Part shown: one piece after another, positions 34,335-48,200 of the stretch | Position numbering within the stretch: position 1 is the stretch's first letter | Layout: every line of letters starts with the position of its first letter | NCBI RefSeq assembly: GCF_009914755.1 | Contig: NC_060925.1 | Reading direction: 5' to 3' (one strand) | Length of the DNA: 64,000 nucleotides | DNA from: the human T2T-CHM13v2.0 reference genome, Homo sapiens | The notes under the pieces: generated by a model | Databases searched by the model: none | The model's input: only the letters and a program-made list of their open reading frames with translations | What the model was told of the DNA's origin: nothing | Made by a program: the position numbers and the translations under genes

Positions 34335-37300
34335 TCCCGTTTCCAACGAATGCCACAAGATGTCAGAATATCCACTTACAGACTTTACAAACAGAGTGTT
34401 TCCTAACTGCTCTATTAACAGAAAGGTTAAACTCTGTGAGTTGAACGAACGCATCACAACGCAGTTTGTGGGAATGATTCTGTCTAGTTTTGAAACGAAG
34501 ATATTTCCTTTTCTGCCGTTGACCTTAAAGCGCTTGAAATCTACACTTGCAAATTGCACAAATAGAGTGTTTCAAATCTGCTCTGTCTAAGGGAACGTTC
34601 AACTCTGTGAGTTGAATGCACACAACACAAGGAAGTTACTGGGAATTCTTCTGTCTAGCCTTACATGAAAAAAACCCGTTTCCAACGAAGGCCTCTAAGT
34701 GGTCAAAATATCCACGTGCAGACTTTACAAACAGAGTGTTTCCAAACCGCTGAATGAAAAGAAAAGTTAAACTCTGAGAGTTGAACGCACACATCACGCA
34801 GCAGTTTCTGAGAATGATTCTGTCTAGTTTTTATACGAAGATATTTCCTTTTCTGCCTTTGGCCCCAAAGCGCTTGAAATCTCCACTTGCAAATTCCACA
34901 AAAACAGTGTTTCAAATCTGCTCTCTCTAAATGAAAGTTCAACTCTGTCAGTTGAATACACACAACACAAGGAAGTTACTGAGAATTCTTCTGTCTAGCA
35001 TAATATGAAGAAATCCCGTTTCCAACGAAGGCCTCAAAGGGGTCTGAATATCCACTTGCAGACTTTATAAACAGAGTGTTTACTAACTGCTCTATGAAAA
35101 GAAAGGTTAAACTCTGTGAGTTGAACACACACATCACAAAGGAGTTTCTGAGAATCATTCTGTCTAGTTTTTCTACGAAGATATTTCCTTTTCTACTATT
35201 GACCTGAAAGCGGCTGAAATCTCCACTTGCAAATTCCACAAAAAGAGTGTTTCAAGTCTGCTCTGTGTAAAGGATCGTTCAACTCTGTGAGTTGAATACA
35301 CACAACACAAGGAAGTTACTGAGAATTCTTCTGTCTAGCAGAATATGAAGAAATCCCGTTTTCAACGAAGGCCTCAAAGGGGTCTGAATATCCACTTGCA
35401 GACTTTACAAACAGAGTGTTTCCTAACTGCTCTATGAAAAGAAAAGTTAAACTCTGTGAGTTGAACGCACACATCACAAAGGAGTTTCTGAGAATCGTTC
35501 TGTCTAGTTTCTATAGGAAGATATTTCCTATTCTACCATTGACCTCAAAGCGTCTGAAATCTCCACTTGCAAATTCCACAAAAAGAATGTTTCAAGTCTG
35601 CTCTGTGTAAAGGATCGTTCAACTCTGTGAGTTGAATACACACAACACAAGGAAGTTACTGAGAATTATTCTGTCTAGCATAATATGAAGAAATCCCGTT
35701 TCCAACGAAGGCCTCAAAGAGGTCTGAATATCCACTTGCAGACTTTACAGAGTGTTTCCTAACTGCTCTATGAAAAGAAAAGTTAAACTCTGTGAGTTGA
35801 ACGCACACATCACAAAGGAGTTTATGAGAATCATTCTGTCTAGTCTTTATACGAAGATATATCCTTTTCTACCATTGACCTCAAAGCGGCTGAAATCTCC
35901 ATTTTCAAATTCCACAAAAAGAGTGTTTCAAGTCTGCTCTGTGTAAAGGATCGTTCAACTCTGTGAGTAGAATACACACAACACAAGGAAGTTACTGAGA
36001 ATTCTTCTGTCTAGCAGAATATGAAGAAATCCCGTTTCCAACGAAGGCCTCAAGGAGGTCTGAATATCCACTTGCAGACTTTACAAACAGAGTGTTTCCT
36101 AACTGCTCTATGAACAGAAAGGTTAAACTCTGTGAGTTGAACGCACACATCACAAAGGAGTTTCTGAGAATCATTCTGTCTTGTCTTTATACGAAGATAT
36201 TTACTTTTCTACCATTGACTTCAAAGCGGCTGAAATCTCCACTTGCAAATTCCACAAAAAGAGTGTTTCAAGTCTGCTCTGTGTAAAGGATCATTCAACT
36301 CTGTGAGTTGAATAAACACAACACAAGGAAGTTACTGAGAATTCTTCTGTCTAGCAGAATATGAAGAAATCCCGTTTCCAACGAAGGCCTCAAGGAGGTC
36401 TGAATATCCACTTGCAGACTTTACAAACAGAGTGTTTCCTAACTGCTCTATGAAAAGAAAGGTTAAACTCTGTGAGTTGAACGCACACATCACAAAGGAG
36501 TTTATGAGAATCATTCTGTCTAGTTTCTATAAGAAGATATTTCCTATTCTACCATTGACCTCAAAGCGGCTGAAATCTCCACTTGCAAATTCGAGAAAAA
36601 GAGTGTTTCAAGCCTGCTCTCTGTAAAGGATCCTTCAACTCTGTGAGTTGAATACACACAATACAAGGAAGTTACTGAGAATTATTCTGTCTAGCATAAT
36701 ATGAAGAAATCCCGTTTCCAACGAAGGCCTCAAAGAGGTCTGAATATCCACTTGCAGACTTCACAAACAGAGTGTTTCCTAACTGCTCTATGAGAAGAAA
36801 AGTTAAACTCTGTGAGTTGAACGCACACATCACAAAAGATTTTCTGAGAATCATTCTGTCTAGTCTTTATATGAAGATAGTTTCCTTTTCTACCATTGAC
36901 CTCAAAGCGGCTGAAATCTCCACTTGCAAATTCCACAAAAAGAGTGTTTCAAGTCTGCTCTGTGTAAAGGATCGTTCAACTCTGTGAGTTGAATACACAC
37001 AACACAAGGAAGTTACTGAGAATTCTTCTGTCTAGCAGAATATGAAGAAATCCCGTTTCCAACGAAGGCCACAAGATGTCAGAATATCCACTTACAGACT
37101 TTACTAACAGAGTGTTTCCTAACTGCTCTATGAACAGAAAGGTTAAACTCTGTGAGTTGAACGAACACATCACAACGCAGTTTGTGGGAATGATTCTGTC
37201 TAGTTTTGAAACGAAGATATTTCCTTTTCTGCCGTTGACCTTAAAGCGCTTGAAATCTACACTTGCAAATTGCACAAATAGAGTGTTTCAAATCTGCTCT

Positions 37301-40300
37301 GTCTAAGGGAACGTTCAACTCTGTGAGTTGAATGCACACAACACAAGGAAGTTACTGGGAATTCTTCTGTCTAGCCTTACATGAAAAAAACCCGTTTCCA
37401 ACGAAGGCCTCTAAGTGGTCAAAATATCCACGTGCAGACTTTACAAACAGAGTGTTTCCAAACCGCTGAATGAAAAGAAAAGTTAAACTCTGAGAGTTGA
37501 ACGCACACATCACGCAGCAGTTTCTGAGAATGATTCTGTCTAGTTTTTATACGAAGATATTTCCTTTTCTGCCTTTGGCCCCAAAGCGCTTGAAATCTCC
37601 ACTTGCAAATTCCACAAAAACAGTGTTTCAAATCTGCTCTCTCTAAATGAAAGTTCAACTCTGTCAGTTGAATACACACAACACAAGGAAGTTACTGAGA
37701 ATTCTTCTGTCTAGCATAATATGAAGAAATCCCGTTTCCAACGAAGGCCTCAAAGGGGTCTGAATATCCACTTGCAGACTTTATAAACAGAGTGTTTACT
37801 AACTGCTCTATGAAAAGAAAGGTTAAACTCTGTGAGTTGAACACACACATCACAAAGGAGTTTCTGAGAATCATTCTGTCTAGTTTTTCTACGAAGATAT
37901 TTCCTTTTCTACTATTGACCTCAAAGCGGCTGAAATCTCCACTTGCAAATTCCACAAAAAGAGTGTTTCAAGTCTGCTCTGTGTAAAGGATCGTTCAACT
38001 CTGTGAGTTGAATACACACAACACAAGGAAGTTACTGAGAATTCTTCTGTCTAGCAGAATAGGAAGAAATCCCGTTTCCAACGAAGGCCTCAAAGAGGTC
38101 TGAATATCCACTTGCAGACTTTACAAACAGAGTGTTTCCTAACTGCTCTATGAAAAGAAAGGTTAAACTCTGTGAGTTGAACACACACATCACAAAGGAG
38201 TTTCTGAGAATCGTTCTGTCTAGTTTCTATAGGAAGATATTTCCTATTCTACCATTGACCTCAAAGCGGCTGAAATCTCCACTTGCAAATTCCACAAAAA
38301 GAATGTTTCAAGTCTGCTCTGTGTAAAGGATCGTTCAACTCTGTGAGTTGAATACACAGAACACAAGGAAGTTACTGAGAATTATTCTGTCTAGCAGAAT
38401 ATGAAGAAATCCCGTTTCCAACGAAGGCCCCAAAGAGGTCTGAATATCCACTTGCAGACTTTACAAACAGAGTGTTTCCTAACTGCTCTGTGAAAAGAAA
38501 AGTTAAACTCTGTGAGTTGAACGCACACATCACAAAGGAGTTTATGAGAATCATTCTGTCTAGTCTTTATACGAAGATATTTCCTTTTCTACCATTGACC
38601 TCAAAGCGGCTGAAATCTCCACTTTCAAATTCCACAAAAAGAGTGTTTCAAGTTTGCTCTGTGTAAAGGATCGTTCAACTCTGTGAGTAGAATACACACA
38701 ACACAAGGAAGTTACTGAGAATTCTTCTGTCTAGCAGAATATGAAGAAATCCCGTTTCCAACGAAGGCCTCAAGGAGGTCTGAATATCCACTTGCAGACT
38801 TTACAAACAGAGTGTTTCCTAACTGCTCTATGAGCAGAAAGGTTAAACTCTGTGAGTTGAACGCACACATCACAAAGGAGTTTCTGAGAATCATTCTGTC
38901 TAGTCTTTATACGAAGATATTTACTTTTCTACCATTGACTTCAAAGCGTCTGAAATCTCCACTTGCAAATTCCAAAAAAAGAGTGTTTCAAGTCTGCTCT
39001 GTGTAAAGGATCATTCAACTCTGTGAGTTGAATAAACACAACACAAGGAAGTTACTGAGAATTCTTCTGTCTAGCAGAATATGAAGAAATCCCGTTTCCA
39101 ACGAAGGCCTCAAGGAGGTCTGAATATCCACTTGCAGACTTTACAAACAGAGTGTTTCCTAACTGCTCTATGAAAAGAAAGGTTAAACTCTCTGAGTTGA
39201 ACGCACACATCACAAAGGAGTTTCTGAGAATCATTCTGTCTAGTTTCTATAAGAAGATATTTCCTATTCTACCATTGACCTCAAAGCGGCTGAAATCTCC
39301 ACTTGCAAATTCGACAAAAAGAGTGTTTCAAGCCTGCTCTCTGTAAAGGATCCTTCAACTCTGTGAGTTGAATACACACAACACAAGGAAGTTACTGAGA
39401 ATTATTCTGTCTAGCATAATATGAAGAAATCCCGTTTCCAACGAAGGCCTCAAAGAGGTCTGAATATCCACTTGCACACTTTACAAACAGAGTGTTTCCT
39501 AACTGCTCTATGAGAAGAAAAGTTAAACTCTGTGAGTTGAACGCACACATCACAAAAGATTTTCTGAGAATCATTCTGTCTAGTCTTTATATGAAGATAG
39601 TTTCCTTTTCTACCATTGACCTCAAAGCGGCTGAAATCTCCACTTGCAAATTCCACAAAAAGAGTGTTTCAAGTCTGCTCTTTGTAAAGGATCGTTCAAC
39701 TCTGTGAGTTGAATACACACAACACAAGGAAGTTACTGAGAATTCTTCTGTCTAGCAGAATATGAAGAAATCCCGTTTCCAACGAAGGCCACAAGATGTC
39801 AGAATATCCACTTACAGACTTTACAAACAGAGTGTTTCCTAACTGCTCTATGAACAGAAAGGTTAAACTCTGTGAGTTGAACGAACACATCACAACGCAG
39901 TTTGTGGGAATGATTCTGTCTAGTTTTGAAACGAAGATATTTCCTTTTCTGCCGTTGACCTTAAAGCGCTTGAAATCTACACTTGCAAATTGCACAAATA
40001 GAGTGTTTCAAATCTGCTCTGTCTAAGGGAACGTTCAACTCTGTGAGTTGAATGCACACAACACAAGGAAGTTACTGGGAATTCTTCTGTCTAGCCTTAC
40101 ATGAAAAAAACCCGTTTCCAACGAAGGCCTCTAAGTGGTCAAAATATCCACGTGCAGACTTTACAAACAGAGTGTTTCCAAACCGCTGAATGAAAAGAAA
40201 AGTTAAACTCTGAGAGTTGAACGCACACATCACGCAGCAGTTTCTGAGAATGATTCTGTCTAGTTTTTATACGAAGATATTTCCTTTTCTGCCTTTGGCC

Positions 40301-43300
40301 CCAAAGCGCTTGAAATCTCCACTTGCAAATTCCACAAAAACAGTGTTTCAAATCTGCTCTCTCTAAATGAAAGTTCAACTCTGTCAGTTGAATACACACA
40401 ACACAAGGAAGTTACTGAGAATTCTTCTGTCTAGCATAATATGAAGAAATCCCGTTTCCAACGAAGGCCTCAAAGGGGTCTGAATATCCACTTGCAGACT
40501 TTATAAACAGAGTGTTTACTAACTGCTCTATGAAAAGAAAGGTTAAACTCTGTGAGTTGAACACACACATCACAAAGGAGTTTCTGAGAATCATTCTGTC
40601 TAGTTTTTCTACGAAGATATTTCCTTTTCTACTATTGACCTGAAAGCGGCTGAAATCTCCACTTGCAAATTCCACAAAAAGAGTGTTTCAAGTCTGCTCT
40701 GTGTAAAGGATCGTTCAACTCTGTGAGTTGAATACACACAACACAAGGAAGTTACTGAGAATTCTTCTGTCTAGCAGAATATGAAGAAATCCCGTTTTCA
40801 ACGAAGGCCTCAAAGGGGTCTGAATATCCACTTGCAGACTTTACAAACAGAGTGTTTCCTAACTGCTCTATGAAAAGAAAAGTTAAACTCTGTGAGTTGA
40901 ACGCACACATCACAAAGGAGTTTCTGAGAATCGTTCTGTCTAGTTTCTATAGGAAGATATTTCCTATTCTACCATTGACCTCAAAGCGTCTGAAATCTCC
41001 ACTTGCAAATTCCACAAAAAGAATGTTTCAAGTCTGCTCTGTGTAAAGGATCGTTCAACTCTGTGAGTTGAATACACACAACACAAGGAAGTTACTGAGA
41101 ATTATTCTGTCTAGCATAATATGAAGAAATCCCGTTTCCAACGAAGGCCTCAAAGAGGTCTGAATATCCACTTGCAGACTTTACAAACAGAGTGTTTCCT
41201 AACTGCTCTATGAAAAGAAAAGTTAAACTCTGTGAGTTGAACGCACACATCACAAAGGAGTTTATGAGAATCATTCTGTCTAGTCTTTATACGAAGATAT
41301 TTCCTTTTCTACCATTGACCTCAAAGCGGCTGAAATCTCCACTTTCAAATTCCACAAAAAGAGTGTTTCAAGTCTGCTCTGTGTAAAGGATCGTTCAACT
41401 CTGTGAGTAGAATACACACAACACAAGGAAGTTACTGAGAATTCTTCTGTCTAGCAGAATATGAAGAAATCCCGTTTCCAACGAAGGCCTCAAGGAGGTC
41501 TGAATATCCACTTGCAGACTTTACAAACAGAGTGTTTCCTAACTGCTCTATGAACAGAAAGGTTAAACTCTGTGAGTTGAACGCACACATCACAAAGGAG
41601 TTTCTGAGAATCATTCTGTCTTGTCTTTATACGAAGATATTTACTTTTCTACCGTTGACTTCAAAGCGGCTGAAATCTCCACTTGCAAATTCCACAAAAA
41701 GAGTGTTTCAAGTCTGCTCTGTGTAAAGGATCATTCAACTCTGTGAGTTGAATAAACACAACACAAGGAAGTTACTGAGAATTCTTCTGTCTAGCAGAAT
41801 ATGAAGAAATCCCGTTTCCAACGAAGGCCTCAAGGAGGTCTGAATATCCACTTGCAGACTTTACAAACAGAGTGTTTCCTAACTGCTCTATGAAAAGAAA
41901 GGTTAAACTCTGTGAGTTGAACGCACACATCACAAAGGAGTTTATGAGAATCATTCTGTCTAGTTTCTATAAGAAGATATTTCCTATTCTACCATTGACC
42001 TCAAAGCGGCTGAAATCTCCACTTGCAAATTCGAGAAAAAGAGTGTTTCAAGCCTGCTCTCTGTAAAGGATCCTTCAACTCTGTGAGTTGAATACACACA
42101 ACACAAGGAAGTTACTGAGAATTATTCTGTCTAGCATAATATGAAGAAATCCCGTTTCCAACGAAGGCCTCAAAGAGGTCTGAATATCCACTTGCAGACT
42201 TCACAAACAGAGTGTTTCCTAACTGCTCTATGAGAAGAAAAGTTAAACTCTGTGAGTTGAACGCACACATCACAAAAGATTTTCTGAGAATCATTCTGTC
42301 TAGTCTTTATATGAAGATAGTTTCCTTTTCTACCATTGACCTCAAAGCGGCTGAAATCTCCACTTGCAAATTCCACAAAAAGAGTGTTTCAAGTCTGCTC
42401 TGTGTAAAGGATCGTTCAACTCTGTGAGTTGAATACACACAACACAAGGAAGTTACTGAGAATTCTTCTGTCTAGCAGAATATGAAGAAATCCCGTTTCC
42501 AACGAAGGCCACAAGATGTCAGAATATCCACTTACAGACTTTACTAACAGAGTGTTTCCTAACTGCTCTATGAACAGAAAGGTTAAACTCTGTGAGTTGA
42601 ACGAACACATCACAACGCAGTTTGTGGGAATGATTCTGTCTAGTTTTGAAACGAAGATATTTCCTTTTCTGCCGTTGACCTTAAAGCGCTTGAAATCTAC
42701 ACTTGCAAATTGCACAAATAGAGTGTTTCAAATCTGCTCTGTCTAAGGGAACGTTCAACTCTGTGAGTTGAATGCACACAACACAAGGAAGTTACTGGGA
42801 ATTCTTCTGTCTAGCCTTACATGAAAAAAACCCGTTTCCAACGAAGGCCTCTAAGTGGTCAAAATATCCACGTGCAGACTTTACAAACAGAGTGTTTCCA
42901 AACCGCTGAATGAAAAGAAAAGTTAAACTCTGAGAGTTGAACGCACACATCACGCAGCAGTTTCTGAGAATGATTCTGTCTAGTTTTTATACGAAGATAT
43001 TTCCTTTTCTGCCTTTGGCCCCAAAGCGCTTGAAATCTCCACTTGCAAATTCCACAAAAACAGTGTTTCAAATCTGCTCTCTCTAAATGAAAGTTCAACT
43101 CTGTCAGTTGAATACACACAACACAAGGAAGTTACTGAGAATTCTTCTGTCTAGCATAATATGAAGAAATCCCGTTTCCAACGAAGGCCTCAAAGGGGTC
43201 TGAATATCCACTTGCAGACTTTATAAACAGAGTGTTTACTAACTGCTCTATGAAAAGAAAGGTTAAACTCTGTGAGTTGAACACACACATCACAAAGGAG

Positions 43301-45210
43301 TTTCTGAGAATCATTCTGTCTAGTTTTTCTACGAAGATATTTCCTTTTCTACTATTGACCTCAAAGCGGCTGAAATCTCCACTTGCAAATTCCACAAAAA
43401 GAGTGTTTCAAGTCTGCTCTGTGTAAAGGATCGTTCAACTCTGTGAGTTGAATACACACAACACAAGGAAGTTACTGAGAATTCTTCTGTCTAGCAGAAT
43501 AGGAAGAAATCCCGTTTCCAACGAAGGCCTCAAAGAGGTCTGAATATCCACTTGCAGACTTTACAAACAGAGTGTTTCCTAACTGCTCTATGAAAAGAAA
43601 GGTTAAACTCTGTGAGTTGAACACACACATCACAAAGGAGTTTCTGAGAATCGTTCTGTCTAGTTTCTATAGGAAGATATTTCCTATTCTACCATTGACC
43701 TCAAAGCGGCTGAAATCTCCACTTGCAAATTCCACAAAAAGAATGTTTCAAGTCTGCTCTGTGTAAAGGATCGTTCAACTCTGTGAGTTGAATACACACA
43801 ACACAAGGAAGTTACTGAGAATTATTCTGTCTAGCAGAATATGAAGAAATCCCGTTTCCAACGAAGGCCCCAAAGAGGTCTGAATATCCACTTGCAGACT
43901 TTACAAACAGAGTGTTTCCTAACTGCTCTGTGAAAAGAAAAGTTAAACTCTGTGAGTTGAACGCACACATCACAAAGGAGTTTATGAGAATCATTCTGTC
44001 TAGTCTTTATACGAAGATATTTCCTTTTCTACCATTGACCTCAAAGCGGCTGAAATCTCCACTTTCAAATTCCACAAAAAGAGTGTTTCAAGTCTGCTCT
44101 GTGTAAAGGATCGTTCAACTCTGTGAGTAGAATACACACAACACAAGGAAGTTACTGAGAATTCTTCTGTCTAGCAGAATATGAAGAAATCCCGTTTCCA
44201 ACGAAGGCCTCAAGGAGGTCTGAATATTCACTTGCAGACTTTACAAACAGAGTGTTTCCTAACTGCTCTATGAGCAGAAAGGTTAAACTCTGTGAGTTGA
44301 ACGCACACATCACAAAGGAGTTTCTGAGAATCATTCTGTCTAGTCTTTATACGAAGATATTTACTTTTCTACCATTGACTTCAAAGCGGCTGAAATCTCC
44401 ACTTGCAAATTCCAAAAAAAGAGTGTTTCAAGTCTGCTCTGTGTAAAGGATCATTCAACTCTGTGAGTTGAATAAACACAACACAAGGAAGTTACTGAGA
44501 ATTCTTCTGTCTAGCAGAATATGAAGAAATCCCGTTTCCAACGAAGGCCTCAAGGAGGTCTGAATATCCACTTGCAGACTTTACAAACAGAGTGTTTCCT
44601 AACTGCTCTATGAAAAGAAAGGTTAAACTCTGTGAGTTGAACGCACACATCACAAAGGAGTTTCTGAGAATCATTCTGTCTAGTTTCTATAAGAAGATAT
44701 TTCCTATTCTACCATTGACCTCAAAGCGGCTGAAATCTCCACTTGCAAATTCGACAAAAAGAGTGTTTCAAGCCTGCTCTCTGTAAAGGATCCTTCAACT
44801 CTGTGAGTTGAATACACACAACACAAGGAAGTTACTGAGAATTATTCTGTCTAGCATAATATGAAGAAATCCCGTTTCCAACGAAGGCCTCAAAGAGGTC
44901 TGAATATCCACTTGCACACTTTACAAACAGAGTGTTTCCTAACTGCTCTATGAGAAGAAAAGTTAAACTCTGTGAGTTGAACGCACACATCACAAAAGAT
45001 TTTCTGAGAATCATTCTGTCTAGTCTTTATATGAAGATAGTTTCCTTTTCTACCATTGACCTCAAAGCGGCTGAAATCTCCACTTGCAAATTCCACAAAA
45101 AGAGTGTTTCAAGTCTGCTCTGTGTAAAGGATCGTTCAACTCTGTGAGTTGAATACACACAACACAAGGAAGTTACTGAGAATTCTTCTGTCTAGCAGAA
45201 TATGAAGAAA
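34335..45210 (-). repeat. Four consecutive 16-mer HORs arranged as two copies of a 32-mer (about 5440 bp)
   Basis: Unit starts at 34335, 37051, 39771, 42491 and 45211 give lengths of 2716, 2720, 2720 and 2720. Private SNVs alternate with 5436/5440 offset. Confidence 0.93.
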
Positions 45211-48200
45211 TCCCGTTTCCAACGAAGGCCACAAGATATCAGAATATCCACTTACAGACTTTACAAACAGAGTGTTTCCTAACTGCTCTATGAACAGAAA
45301 GGTTAAACTCTGTGAGTTGAACGAACACATCACAACGCAGTTTGTGGGAATGATTCTGTCTAGTTTTGAAACGAAGATATTTCCTTTTCTGCCGTTGACC
45401 TTAAAGCGCTTGAAATCTACACTTGCAAATTGCACAAATAGAGTGTTTCAAATCTGCTCTGTCTAAGGGAACGTTCAACTCTGTGAGTTGAATGCACACA
45501 ACACAAGGAAGTTACTGGGAATTCTTCTGTCTAGCCTTACATGAAAAAACCCGTTTCCAACGAAGGCCTCTAAGTGGTCAAAATATACACGTGCAGACTT
45601 TACAAACAGAGTGTTTCCAAACCGCTGAATGAAAAGAAAAGTTAAACTCTGAGAGTTGAACGCACACATCACGCAGCAGTTTCTGAGAATGATTCTGTCT
45701 AGTTTTTATACGAAGATATTTCCTTTTCTGCCTTTGGCCCCAAAGCGCTTGAAATCTCCACTTGCAAATTCCACAAAAACAGTGTTTCAAATCTGCTCTC
45801 TCTAAATGAAAGTTCAACTCTGTCAGTTGAATACACACTACACAAGGAAGTTACTGAGAATTCTTCTGTCTAGCATAATATGAAGAAATCCCGTTTCCAA
45901 CGAAGGCCTCAAAGGGGTCTGAATATCCACTTGCAGACTTTATAAACAGAGTGTTTACTAACTGCTCTATGAAAAGAAAGGTTAAACTCTGTGAGTTGAA
46001 CACACACATCACAAAGGAGATTCTGAGAATCATTCTGTCTAGTTTTTCTACGAAGATATTTCCTTTTCTACTATTGACCTGAAAGCAGCTGAAATCTCCA
46101 CTTGCAAATTCCACAAAAAGAGTGTTTCAAGTCTGCTCTGTGTAAAGGATCGTTCAACTCTGTGAGTTGAATACACACAACACAAGGAAGTTACTGAGAA
46201 TTCTTCTGTCTAGCAGAATAGGAAGAAATCCCGTTTCCAACGAAGGCCTCAAAGAGGTCTGAATATCCACTTGCAGACTTTACAAACAGAGTGTTTCCTA
46301 ACTGCTCTATGAAAAGAAAGGTTAAACTCTGTGAGTTGAACACACACATCACAAAGGAGTTTCTGAGAATCGTTCTGTCTAGTTTCTATAGGAAGATATT
46401 TCCTATTCTACCACTGACCTCAAAGCGGCTGAAATCTCCACTTGCAAATTCCACAAAAAGAATGTTTCAAGTCTGCTCTGTGTAAAGGATCGTTCAACTC
46501 TGTGAGTTGAATACACACAACACAAGGAAGTTACTGAGAATTATTCTGTCTAGCAGAATATGAAGAAATCCCGTTTCCAACGAAGGCCCCAAAGAGGTCT
46601 GAATATCCACTTGCAGACTTTACAAACAGAGTGGTTCCTAACTGCTCTGTGAAAAGAAAAGTTAAACTCTGTGAGTTGAACGCACACATCACAAAGGAGT
46701 TTATGAGAATCATTCTGTCTAGTCTTTATACGAAGATATTTCCTTTTCTACCATTGACCTCAAAGCGGCTGAAATCTCCACTTTCAAATTCCACAAAAAG
46801 AGTGTTTCAAGTCTGCTCTGTGTAAAGGATCGTTCAACTCTGTGAGTAGAATACACACAACACAAGGAAGTTACTGAGAATTCTTCTGTCTAGCAGAATA
46901 TGAAGAAATCCCGTTTCCAACGAAGGCCTCAAGGAGGTCTGAATATCCACTTGCAGACTTTACAAACACAGTGTTTCCTAACTGCTCTATGAACAGAAAG
47001 GTTAAACTCTGTGAGTTGAACGCACACATCACAAAGGAGTTTCTGAGAATCATTCTGTCTAGTGTTTATACGAAGATATTTACTTTTCTACCATTGACTT
47101 CAAAGCGGCTGAAATCTCCACTTGCAAATTCCACAAAAAGACTGTTTCAAGTCTGCTCTGTGTAAAGGATCATTCAACTCTGTGAGTTGAATAAACACAA
47201 CACAAGGAAGTTACTGAGAATTATTCTGTCTAGCATAATATGAAGAAATCCCGTTTCCAACGAAGGCCTCAAAGAGGTCTGAATATCCACTTGCAGACTT
47301 TACAAACAGAGTGTTTCCTAACTGCTCTATGAGAAGAAAAGTTAAACTCTGTGAGTTGAACGCACACATCACAAAAGATTTTCTGAGAATCATTCTGTCT
47401 AGTCTTTATATGAAGATAGTTTCCTTTTCTACCATTGACCTCAAAGCGGCTGAAATCTCCACTTGCAAATTCCACAAAAAGAGTGTTTCAAGTCTGCTCT
47501 GTGTAAAGGATCGTTCAACTCTGTGAGTTGAATACACACAACACAAGGAAGTTACTGAGAATTCTTCTGTCTAGCAGAATAGGAAGAAATCCCGTTTCCA
47601 ACGAAGGCCACAAGATGTCAGAATATCCACTTGCAGACTTTACAAACAGAGTGTTTCCTAACTGCTCTATGAACAGAAAGGTTAAACTCTGTGAGTTGAA
47701 CGAACACATCACAACGCAGTTTGTGGGAATGATTCTGTCTAGTTTTGAAACGAAGATATTTCCTTTTCTGCCGTTGACCTTAAAGCGCTTGAAATCTACA
47801 CTTGCAAATTGCACAAATAGAGTGTTTCAAATCTGCTCTGTCTAAGGGAACGTTCAACTCTGTGAGTTGAATGCACACAACACATGAAGTTACTGGGAAT
47901 TCTTCTGTCTAGCCTTACATGAAAAAAACCCGTTTCCAACGAAGGCCTCTAAGTGGTCAAAATATCCACGTGCAGACTTTACAAACAGAGTGTTTCCAAA
48001 CCGCTGAATGAAAAGAAAAGTTAAACTCTGAGAGTTCAACGCACACATCACGCAGCAGTTTCTGAGAATGATTCTGTCTAGTTTTTATACGAAGATATTT
48101 CCTTTTCTGCCTTTGGCCCCAAAGCGCTTGAAATCTCCACTTGCAAATTCCACAAAAACAGTGTTTCAAATCTGCTCTCTCTAAATGAAAGTTCAACTCT

